DNA of 42,711 nucleotides. Source: Octopus bimaculoides. Its lineage: Eukaryota. Position 1 is the first letter of the stretch. Each line of letters starts with the position of its first letter. A program made the position numbers and the translations under genes. The notes under the pieces are model-generated. The model was not told where the DNA came from and did no database searches. It worked only from the letters and a program-made list of their open reading frames with translations. The stretch spans positions 27,017,572-27,060,282 of the forward strand of contig NC_068986.1 of the NCBI RefSeq assembly GCF_001194135.2, in the 5' to 3' direction. Positions 25,285 to 36,320 of this stretch are shown in pieces.

Positions 25285-26394
25285 NNNNNNNNNNNNNNNN
25301 NNNNNNNNNNNNNNNNNNNNNNNNNNNNNNNNNNNNNNNNNNNNNNNNNNNNNNNNNNNNNNNNNNNNNNNNNNNNNNNNNNNNNNNNNNNNNNNNNNNN
25401 NNNNNNNNNNNNNNNNNNNNNNNNNNNNNNNNNNNNNNNNNNNNNNNNNNNNNNNNNNNNNNNNNNNNNNNNNNNNNNNNNNNNNNNNNNNNNNNNNNNN
25501 NNNNNNNNNNNNNNNNNNNNNNNNNNNNNNNNNNNNNNNNNNNNNNNNNNNNNNNNNNNNNNNNNNNNNNNNNNNNNNNNNNNNNNNNNNNNNNNNNNNN
25601 NNNNNNNNNNNNNNNNNNNNNNNNNNNNNNNNNNNNNNNNNNNNNNNNNNNNNNNNNNNNNNNNNNNNNNNNNNNNNNNNNNNNNNNNNNNNNNNNNNNN
25701 NNNNNNNNNNNNNNNNNNNNNNNNNNNNNNNNNNNNNNNNNNNNNNNNNNNNNNNNNNNNNNNNNNNNNNNNNNNNNNNNNNNNNNNNNNNNNNNNNNNN
25801 NNNNNNNNNNNNNNNNNNNNNNNNNNNNNNNNNNNNNNNNNNNNNNNNNNNNNNNNNNNNNNNNNNNNNNNNNNNNNNNNNNNNNNNNNNNNNNNNNNNN
25901 NNNNNNNNNNNNNNNNNNNNNNNNNNNNNNNNNNNNNNNNNNNNNNNNNNNNNNNNNNNNNNNNNNNNNNNNNNNNNNNNNNNNNNNNNNNNNNNNNNNN
26001 NNNNNNNNNNNNNNNNNNNNNNNNNNNNNNNNNNNNNNNNNNNNNNNNNNNNNNNNNNNNNNNNNNNNNNNNNNNNNNNNNNNNNNNNNNNNNNNNNNNN
26101 NNNNNNNNNNNNNNNNNNNNNNNNNNNNNNNNNNNNNNNNNNNNNNNNNNNNNNNNCTTGTGCGGGTGGCACATAAAAGACACCATTTCGAGCGTGGCCG
26201 TTTTCGTGCGGGTGACACGTAAAAGCACCCACTACACTCTCTGAGTGGTTGGCGTTAGGAAGGGCATCCAGCTGTAGAAACTCTGCCAAATCAGACTGGA
26301 GCCTGGTGTTGCCATCCGGTTTCACCAGTCCTCAGTCAAATCGTCCAACCCATGCTAGCATGGAAAGCGGACGTTAAACGATGATGATGATGAT
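24993..26394 (+). mobile_element. 5'-truncated RTE-group LINE: RT fragment, 872-N gap, 3' UTR with (GAT)n tail
   Basis: RT frame before the gap and a same-strand (GAT)n-tailed family end at 26157-26394 after it. Continuity across the gap is inferred. Confidence 0.7.
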
Positions 26395-26555
26395 TTGTGT
26401 GTGTATATTTATATATACATGTGTTTATATGTATGTATATATATATGTACATTTATGTGTGTATATTTATATATACGTGTGTATATGAATATATATATGT
26501 ACATTTGTGTGTGTATATTTATATATATATATACATGTGTGTGTATATGTATATT

Positions 26556-26590
<35 letters not shown>

Positions 26591-26596
26591 GTATGC

Positions 26597-26674
<78 letters not shown>

Positions 26675-26810
26675 GTGTGTGTATATGTACAGTTGTGTGT
26701 GTGTATATGGTGTATATGTACACATACATATATACATGCACACACACTTGTGCATGTGTGTGTATGTGTATAAATTACATACATATCTGTGTATGTATGC
26801 TATGTCTATC
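26395..26810. repeat. Compound (GT)/(AT)/(AC) microsatellite field
   Basis: Directly visible; source of several spurious ORFs. Confidence 0.95.
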
Positions 26811-27967
26811 AATCTTTCTAACTTGGTTTGCAGAAAGTGCCAAATAATCATGCACTCTCGTTAACTATTTAAATAAAGAAAATTGAATGAGAACATTTTT
26901 TTTTTTATTGAAATTTTCATTCTGTAAAATTTTTTTTTATTATTATATCACTGCATCTATAAGTATTTAAGGATTAAATAAATAAATAAAGCTATTTTTA
27001 CAGTTCAATAAAACACAGATTACATTAAAGATGCGAGTAAAAACTCCACAAACAAACACCAACTTTAGGAATTAACTTTCTTCATTGTGTGCCGAAGATT
27101 GAAGTATTCTTCCGTCTCTTTCACGGTGTTCTTGCTATTTTGTAATATAATAAAATTTGTAAAATCACAATACTAAATTTGAAAAAAAAAAAAAAAAAAA
27201 AAAAAANNNNNNNNNNNNNNNNNNNNNNNNNNNNNNNNNNNNNNNNNNNNNNNNNNNNNNNNNNNNNNNNNNNNNNNNNNNNNNNNNNNNNNNNNNNNNN
27301 NNNNNNNNNNNNNNNNNNNNNNNNNNNNNNNNNNNNNNNNNNNNNNNNNNNNNNNNNNNNNNNNNNNNNNNNNNNNNNNNNNNNNNNNNNNNNNNNNNNN
27401 NNNNNNNNNNNNNNNNNNNNNNNNNNNNNNNNNNNNNNNNNNNNNNNNNNNNNNNNNNNNNNNNNNNNNNNNNNNNNNNNNNNNNNNNNNNNNNNNNNNN
27501 NNNNNNNNNNNNNNNNNNNNNNNNNNNNNNNNNNNNNNNNNNNNNNNNNNNNNNNNNNNNNNNNNNNNNNNNNNNNNNNNNNNNNNNNNNNNNNNNNNNN
27601 NNNNNNNNNNNNNNNNNNNNNNNNNNNNNNNNNNNNNNNNNNNNNNNNNNNNNNNNNNNNNNNNNNNNNNNNNNNNNNNNNNNNNNNNNNNNNNNNNNNN
27701 NNNNNNNNNNNNNNNNNNNNNNNNNNNNNNNNNNNNNNNNNNNNNNNNNNNNNNNNNNNNNNNNNNNNNNNNNNNNNNNNNNNNNNNNNNNNNNNNNNNN
27801 NNNNNNNNNNNNNNNNNNNNNNNNNNNNNNNNNNNNNNNNNNNNNNNNNNNNNNNNNNNNNNNNNNNNNNNNNNNNNNNNNNNNNNNNNNNNNNNNNNNN
27901 NNNNNNNNNNNNNNNNNNNNNNNNNNNNNNNNNNNNCTATCTGTCTATCTATCTATCTGTATCTATG

Positions 27968-28014
<47 letters not shown>

Positions 28015-28037
28015 TGCTAAATCCACAAGTTTTTTTT

Positions 28038-28195
28038 TATATTCTCTCTCTGTTTATTTCCTCGTGTTCCTTTCTGTTGAAGAGTGTAGACTCAAAACAT
28101 AAATGATTTTCTCACCTTCCCGAGCATCAAACTAATGTACCTGCTTGTTATTTATACACCTGCCTTCATCTTTTATTTTTCTGTAAATTGCAACT
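28038..28195 (+). mobile_element. Probable Penelope-like-element-derived repeat fragment
   Basis: TTGAAGAGTGTAGACTCAAAAC resembles the TGAnGAG..CTCGAAAC motif of PLE terminal repeats. Exact GAGCATCAAACTAAT is shared with 34749-34763, showing an interspersed repeat. Family assignment is from recall. Confidence 0.35.
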
Positions 28196-28554
28196 ATATA
28201 TATATATATATATATATATATTTTTGCTGTGATATCTCTTAGGCATAGTTATACCAATGATAAGTTGCTAAAATTCAACATGTTTATGTTTTAGAGAACA
28301 ACATTAGAAGAGTACAGAGCATAATATCAATTAATGAATTACAATGGCTCCAAGGAAGCTTTCCTCTCCACGATGTTATACAAGTGCTCAGCTTGGAATG
28401 TACTGCATCTTACATCAGACAACTGTGGGCTTGTGAAGATGACATGACTCCTGTTCTTTTGTCATTCATTAATTGATATAAATGTGTGTGTGTGTGTGTG
28501 TGTGTATGCATGTATGTATGTATGTATATATATTCTCTCTCTGTTTATTTCCTC

Positions 28555-28836
28555 GTGGTGGAGGTCTTCAAGACAAAACTCAACGCTTTCCTCTCCACGA
28601 TACCAGACGAACCAATGGCTCGAAATGAGACACAGTTTAGGGCAGCGATGTCAAATTCTCTTATACACCAGATGTGCCATCAAAACTCTTGATTGGACTA
28701 TATCAGGTGCAGGAGAAGAGCCATGCAAGGAACGTGAAGAGAGCAAAGCATAAAGACAGAAAATCATGGTGGTGCTCCAGCATGACCACAGCCACTTGGC
28801 TGAAACCCATAAATAAATAAATAAATAAATAAATAA

Positions 28837-28838
<2 letters not shown>
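28555..28838 (+). mobile_element. 3' end of a CR1/L2-group LINE (ORF2 C-terminus, 3' UTR, (TAAA)n tail)
   Basis: VVEVFKTKLNAFLSTIPDEP ... RAAMSNSLIHQ (stop 28690-28692) fits the FK..LD.FL..IPDEP...RAA.SNSL C-terminal motif. It is followed by GGTGGTGCTCCAGCATGACCACAG and (TAAA)n. Confidence 0.7.
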
Positions 28839-28920
<82 letters not shown>

Positions 28921-28922
<2 letters not shown>

Positions 28923-28990
28923 AGGCTGTGTGGTTGAGAAGATTGGTTCTCAGTTATGTGGCTTTGGGTTCAGTGCCTTAGGCTATGCCT
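28921..28990 (+). mobile_element. SINE family B head fragment
   Basis: GGCTGTGTGGTTGAGAAG ... TGGGTTCAGTGCC, A/B-box-like. Confidence 0.45.
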
Positions 28991-29199
28991 TGTTAAGGAG
29001 CACATGATTATGATGTTGATGTCGGCGGTGATGAATTTCATTGTCCTAACATGGAGAAAACGAGCAATAGTTTCCTGGAGGCAAACACAAGCTAAACTTC
29101 TTAAGCAGAGAAAAACTGATCTATTTAAGAAAATTGCTGGGCTCCATTGCGATAGTTAGAAACTCCAAGCAATGTAAAATATGGCCTACACCGTGATTA

Positions 29200-29510
29200 T
29201 CAGCATGAACATGAAACCTCAAAAAGCAGTTAACCATTTAATGGTTTTAGTAAATTGATACAGAAAAAGTAAGCCTTATACCGTCTAGCACAAATAAAAG
29301 TCAACTTCATTATATTTTTTTCTGTAAAAAACTATCTGACATTGAATGAGTTAACTTCCCGTATGAATGTTTACATTTGTATGTCAATTTTCAGCAAAAA
29401 ATCTTTCTAAAAAAATCTGGAAATGATCTACTCATGTAATTTACGCACACACTAAAGTTCATTTTCGTTTTTGCGGAAAAAGTGCGTAAATTACATGGGT
29501 TTTTATGGTA
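29200..29510. mobile_element. Probable right end of a Tc1/mariner-pogo (Tc2-like) DNA transposon
   Basis: Ends AAAAAGTGCGTAAATTACATGGGTTTTTATGG|TA, with an inverted subterminal copy CATGTAATTTACGCAC (29433-29448). Left TIR not found; left boundary arbitrary. Confidence 0.42.
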
Positions 29511-30227
29511 TGTTGAGTAGTCTAACAACTAGCTGTTGGACCCTCATATGTCAAAACTGAGAGGTGAATCTACTTTGTGTTTGTAAATATGTGTGTGTGC
29601 GTGAGTGTTGGTGTGAATGTTTATGAAATATGCAAAGTTACTGGTACAGACAATGTTGTAACTGTTTGTGATTGCACTGCAGCTGGTGAAGTTTGTTAGA
29701 GCTTACTGTGAACAAAATCATCCACTCTTCCTTCCCTGGACTAAATCTTGCTTCAATAATTACTTCTGTCTCAGCCATGCTAGCATGAAAGAGAGACATT
29801 AAATAAACAAATGAATGATATATATAAAATAGAAATTTCTCGTGTCAGAATGAAGGGCAGTAAGTGTTGGCATATTAAAGAGAAGAAATATCTAATGTTT
29901 CTAGCAGAGTGCTTTATTTGGATTACTCTCTGGTGTAGGGCTCTGAAGAATCATTTTCCAATTACACGCTCAATCCAAAATATGAAATTATTGACTTGAA
30001 CTTATTGACTGAACTTACTCAGTTCAGATTCCATTGGTAATATTTCAAATCAGAATTGTGAGGCTGCTTTCTTTGAAATTCCATATGTGTTCTTCTATCG
30101 TCATGACTGCAAGCATATCAGGAATAGAGATGTGGAAGAGATTTGCATATAATGCAGTTTTGTGGAAGAAAGTAAGGGCTTTATTTAGTATGGACTATTG
30201 GGTGGAAAATAATGAGTTCAGTTTAGG

Positions 30228-30292
30228 CAATCAAACTCATGTGATTAAACCTTCATAACAGATCAAGTTATTTATTTGACTATAAAATACTT

Positions 30293-30334
<42 letters not shown>

Positions 30335-30420
30335 ACGTTTGCAACTATTTTACATTGCATCATGAATAGAGTACATATAATTTGCAAATTTGTATGCCAA
30401 TATTTTTATAGGTAATTTTA
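30228..30420 (+). repeat. Old local duplication, copy 1 (copy 2 at about 31310-31440)
   Basis: Colinear shared blocks CAATCAAACT, AACAGATCAAGT, TTTGACTAT, (GT)n, ATCATGAATAGAGT and TATAATTTGCAAA. Confidence 0.8.
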
Positions 30421-31309
30421 GAATTTGTATTTTGTCTCCTTACTCCATGTACCACGGAAGATCACCAGCACATTATGTAATATGGGTCCTTTTGAAAAGG
30501 AAGAGTAGTGACAGAAGTGTGGCTTCACTCAGCCATTTTTGTTATCTGAAATACAGTTGTCATTGGATCATGAAATAGTGTTAATCAGAATACTGAGTTT
30601 ACGATAATAGCCATGTAAGAGCAAATACTTGTAAAAAGTTTCTCAAGATGTTGAAATAATTATTCTGCCAGATTTTTTAGTTGATGAAATATCATTTTTG
30701 CATTGGGGTTCATGCATATGTCAAATTGAGCACCACTACAAACCATAACCCATTTCCTTCTGTAACCAACAAAGAATTTAGGTGCCACAAGTTTTGCATG
30801 TTTGTTTGTTTGACTGATTGATTTTTCTGTTTTGTCATCTCTGAAATTACTTTAGTTAAAGTTGATGTTTTTCTAGCTTATCAATAAGCCAAATATATAT
30901 CTTTTTCAAGATGGTACTTTTATGGCAAGTTATCTGGATATTAAGTATGATGTTCACCACTATTTAACATGCCAATGCTATGGGTGAGTTATGGATTATA
31001 CAAGAATGAAAATCAGTTAAAGAGTAATAGAAATACATCAACATATACAGTTAAAGAGCAGGACAGCTTTCATCTGATTCTGAAAGTTATAATAGTAGCG
31101 TAAAATACACTGAAATACTGGCCATAATTGTAGCCAAAAAAGTTTCTTTTGTATTTTCAAATATGAAAGGTAGCCATGTGTGTTAATTCTTTTTTTCATT
31201 TTTATCATGGTATTCATATAATATAGAATACATACAAATAACATTCAGTTATTCATTTCAAAGAAATGATTAATTTGTTTTCTTTTTGCGATAACATTTT
31301 TGGGTTGCC

Positions 31310-31440
31310 CAATCAAACTTTTGCAACAGATCAAGTGTTGTTTGACTATTAAGTATGCACTTGTGTATGTGTGTGTGTGTTTACTTTTTATCATGAATAG
31401 AGTGTGTATAATTTGCAAACTCTTATACTACTATTTTTAC
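31310..31440 (+). repeat. Old local duplication, copy 2
   Basis: Same blocks at 31310, 31325, 31390 and 31407. Confidence 0.8.
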
Positions 31441-33856
31441 AACTGATGCTGTTTGTCTCTTTAATTACTTGACAGTGATGTAGTATTACTTGTTGTCATC
31501 CAAGTAAACTGAGCCAAATAGAAAGATGTACTTTACACCATAATATATAGCTTAGTTAGAAGTATCCTAACATACTAATTTTGTGGATAGTGTCTAGAAG
31601 TTTACCATCCATAATCTAACTAATTACAAAATCTCCTATGCTTTATATTTATTAGGAAGCTTTCTCAAAAACTTGGTTGTTTCATTCATGAATATGCAGA
31701 ACTCATTCCTCAAACATGTCTAAAAATATCAGATATATTACAAGGAAGTACTAATGGGAACATCTCATGTCTTGTCTTCCTTGTCTCTATTCCATTTCAT
31801 TAGAATTAAATTACTGCCCTATCAGTGTTGATATACCCTGGAATCATCATTGTGCAAGACTTTAATTTATGGTTCATGCCCTCCTCTTTTTAGCTGTTAC
31901 TACTACAGAAACACAGGCCACTTAACACATTCACATATTACATCCTCTTATCACCAATACAGACACCCACATACACCTTCAAGTAGAAGCTAGCAATTCC
32001 ATTTATTTATCTCTTACTTCACCCTGGGGTTCTGTGGGATCAGGCTTCTGCAATGCATTATTTAAAAACAGAACAAAAAGAAAAGAAATTAAAATTCTCT
32101 TTGTCCATTTCTCCCTGTTCTTCTTTCTGTCTTCTAAGCATAGAGTCAGAAACAGCCTAGAATCATAGACCATTTGGCTCTAGGTGAAAGCTGAAGGCCA
32201 AAGGTCGTTTCCATGGTACTTCAGCTCAAAGCTAAATTAAACTTTGACACATCAGGATTGAATTGGTTTTAGCTTTGAATTCCTGTGATTTGCTGCTAGC
32301 ATTGACAATCTCTACCTTTTTCATTGTCTTTCTCTTTTCCTTGTCTTTCTTCCTTCTTTCCCTACATAATTATCATCATTACCTTCATGTTTATCACCCG
32401 ATCATGTTAATACGATCACATTCTTGTATTAATAGATTCATCTCTCAATGTAGATTATTTCTGCAAAATGTTACTGTACTTCTGAACTCCGCTTTTATTC
32501 AGTTCAACTGCATGTGTTGTCACAGGGAATTTTACAAACATCTATTTGATATATTCTCACATTAACGACACGCTGCACTTGAAGGCATCCAATAATGGAA
32601 TTATGAACAATTTGGCAAACAATCCCAGTGTAATTGTAGACATTAATGGATGGCATCTTTTAATAGTGTAAAACTGTGCCTTGGGATACAGCTATAAGAT
32701 TAGGAGCAATGATTGCTTACACAAAAAGTCTTGTAGTGGGTTGGCGAGGTGGTGATCAACTTCTGCTTGGATTTACTATTTTATCAGCTAAAGCTACAAG
32801 CATTTAATTTCTTCAGATATTTTATATCTCGCGACATTTGAGAGATTCGTAATGGTGAAATAGAATTTTTAGATTTTATTGAAATGTGGACAAATGTGTT
32901 AAAACTTCCCTCACTAATTCTTGTCAATGTGCATCATTCATTGCTTCTCTTTTTATTTTGTTTTTATCATTATTATTATTTTAATGAAATATTGTTATAA
33001 TACTAACAAGCCTATATTTTATTTTATTTATAATTGTTGTCATTTTCGAAAGAATATTTTAATAAAATTTGCTTTTTATTCTTGTTTTATGTGAATTTCA
33101 TTAAAGCTGGGCTTGTCAGCAATTTTATTGCACTTGTTATTCATAGAACTTTTGAAACATAGTTTACTGAAAAACTGTTGTTGTTGTTGTTGTTATAATC
33201 ATTTGCTTGTGTAAACATTCCCGCAAGGTAAATATTGATTAGTCAAAATCCATTAAATTTAAATTCCACTTGATATTTTTATTAATATTTTTATTATTTT
33301 TTTTTCCTCATAATTTCTATTTCGAGAAAAAGAAAGAAGAAACAGAAAACAATCATTCTAAAACACAAACATCAAACCTTCTAACTGTTATAATAGAAAC
33401 TACTTAGCTTTTGAAAAGCTCTCTAAATTAAAAAAATGAAAAATTTTAAAAGTCTAGACTTCTGGCATTTTGGCAATTTGAGATCAATCTTCGTCTAGTC
33501 TCTTCAATTCTTTTCAAAAATTTATTTCATATAATTATTAATTTTTTTATATCTTGTTTATAATTAAGAATTTTTTTAATTACCAATAATTTTTTTTTCT
33601 CTCCCATCTTGTCTAATTCTTTTAATTTTCAATTGCATTATTTTTGGTTGATGTACGTTTCCTGCTATAAATGAGCTTTTATAGGAAAAATTGGTAGAAA
33701 TATTTTACATGAATTTTATTCATTTAATAATAATAATAATAATATTAATAGTAAATGTGTGGTCAAATACTTAAGTTTTTCCATTTTTATTTTATTACAT
33801 AGAAAGCAGCTATGAAGTGAAAGTAATTATAAATGAATATACATACATATACATAC

Positions 33857-33889
<33 letters not shown>

Positions 33890-34771
33890 ATCAAACGACT
33901 GTTCATTTTCTATTCTTAATTGATATTTTTGAAATTACATTTGAATTGATAGTTTCTTTATATCCATAAGTGTACATTTGTATATGCGTATGTATGTTCA
34001 TGTATATGTATGTATATGTAGATATAAACTTTCAAATGTACCTTTTACTGTCAGTATCTGTGTGTTTCAGAGAGATCAGGATCGATGTGTTTACAGAATT
34101 TGATGATGTTGGTACAAGCATTTTATTGTAGCAGTTAGCTAAATATTCATGCTTGGGAGCCTTCAGATATAATGGTGTTTTGAGTTTCAATAATGATATG
34201 CTTCAATTCATTGTTAGTTTCTACTTCATGGCGACAACATATATTTTTACTTTTATATTATCCACTGCCTTGTTTAACACAACCAAGAGGGTGACTTCAG
34301 TGGAGTTCACCCATTTGTAAATATTTGGATCATGACCACTGGCCTAAGGATAAGTTTTAATCTGCTCCTCTAGAGGGTCTACAAAAGAGCACGCGTGCGC
34401 GCGCACACACACACACACACGTGTGCAGTTGAGAAATCAATGTACTCTGGAGATAATCCAATACTGTAACATAATCCAGGGAGGTAATCTGGGGTTTAAG
34501 ATGATCCAAGAATTATGTATTCCAAAATATTAGCCAGATGGACTAGTGATTGAATATGTGAGTTATGCAGGTGTTTTTTTTTTTTTTAATTTTTTTTTTT
34601 TTTTTTCCCTCCTGGTTTTCTGTTCCTATCTTTTCCCCTCCTTCCTTCTTCTCTTCTCTGGACATTTTTTTTTTGTATATCCAATGTATGGCTATGCCTG
34701 AAATGTCATAACTTTACTCTTAACTTTCACTTTACAACTTCTTTCTTTGAGCATCAAACTAATAATATTCA

Positions 34772-34826
34772 CAACCCATGCTAGCATGGAAAGCGGACGT
34801 TAAACGATGATGATGATGATGATGAT
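34772..34826 (+). mobile_element. Extremely 5'-truncated RTE tail (55 bp)
   Basis: 34772-34820 is identical to 26346-26394, including CpGs. Confidence 0.88.
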
Positions 34827-34885
34827 GTGAACATCCCTTGGACTGTTGGGTTTTTTTTATTTGAATTCATTGTTTCTTATTAATT

Positions 34886-34937
<52 letters not shown>

Positions 34938-35144
34938 GTGTGTTTGTATAAAAGTGTGTTTGGAGGGATATATTATCTCGGTGGATACTGTATTAGCTCT
35001 CAGTTAAGTTCTAGTTAACAGCTAACGATATCAATCAGTGTCTAACATCTGTGACTATATTTAGTTGTTCATCTCTCCATGAATTCTTCCGATGGATAAT
35101 TCCGTGTTCTCTTTGCTGGACAGTAAAAATTGTCTGGATTGTAT

Positions 35145-35213
35145 ATTGATATTGATAATAATAAAGAGTATGGATGTACAAATCTCCATACTCTTTATTA
35201 TTATTAATATTAA

Positions 35214-35214
<1 letters not shown>
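35145..35214 (+). other. 70-nt stem-loop (30-bp stem: 28 WC + 2 G-U; 10-nt loop); possible pre-miRNA-like hairpin or inverted duplication
   Basis: Arms 35145-35174 and 35185-35214 were checked base by base. The confidence refers to the structure, not to any function. Confidence 0.85.
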
Positions 35215-35265
<51 letters not shown>

Positions 35266-36124
35266 AATTGTAAATGTAAAAATAAAAACAAAACACAAAG
35301 GATTCTGCGGTACACGTGTTTCAAACTTTATAGCTGTTACATCAGTGTATAATTGACCGTATAAAGCTATCTTCAGCCGCAATATATATATATATAGGAA
35401 CTGGCATTTCGCCCCTAATATATTGTACTGAAGACAAAATGTTTAAGATTAGCCCAACACTTAACTGATTCTTTATTTCATGAACCCTAGGAGGATGAAA
35501 GGCAAGGTGTCCAACTGCCTATATTAGTACAGTTGAAGATTTTCTCTCTCTCTCTTTGTAGGTGTGTGTATTTATTTGGAAGGTTATTGTAATTTCTCTC
35601 AATATAAAAGTTTCTGCTGCACAGTCTGACAGTAAGCGTGGGATTCTCAGAGAAAGTAGATATCTGCATTTCTGTATTTCTTGTAGCAAGCTTTCCAAGA
35701 TGGTTGGGAAATGCTAGTTTTGATACAGCTCTTGTTGCCTCTAACCAGTTAAAGTGGAGTCAAGACTAGGTCAACTCTGGTAGGACCTTTGTTCTTGGTT
35801 CATATTTTCCTCTTTTACTATTCTCTCTTCAACTTCTCCCCCTTCCCCCATACACTATATCTTAAGGTTAGTAATTGATCTATATTGATTCATCTGAAGT
35901 GTACTGAAATAGAAACTTTACAGAAGTTTCTCAATCACCACATGTTCTATCACTCATAAAATAAATGTATCTACCTTTTCTAAAGTAAATGTTTAATAAA
36001 ACTGTAGATGGATTATTGTTGTTTTGGCTGAAGTCAGCCTTTGATTGATATTATTTTCAGTTTTGACCATCCCATTTTTTTTTTATTAATGTAGAAAGTA
36101 ACTCAGTATTGGGCAATGGGCTTT

Positions 36125-36248
36125 CCATTTACCATTGTTTACATTCTCTCCTTTGGGGATTGATAAAATAAAGTACCAATCAAGTACCAGGGTTAATGTA
36201 ATCAACTTTCTCTTCTCTTCAAAATTGCTGGCCTTGTGCCAAAATTAG
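36125..36248 (+). mobile_element. SINE family A 3' half
   Basis: GATAAAATAAAGTACCAATCAAGTACCAGGG ... AAAATTGCTGGCCTTGTGCCAAAATTAG. Confidence 0.65.
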
Positions 36249-36287
36249 GAACTACTACTTCTACTACTGCTGCTGCCACCTGTGTGC

Positions 36288-36319
<32 letters not shown>

Positions 36320-36320
36320 T

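Noticed and set aside
26395-26864. ORFs of (YI)n/(CV)n/(HT)n/(SL)n type here and throughout the window
   Set aside because: Translations of dinucleotide microsatellites.
35155-35175. Resemblance of the hairpin arm (TAAAGAGTATGGA) to the 3' half of miR-1
   Set aside because: The GGAAUGU seed is absent and the match is on the wrong arm; treated as coincidence.
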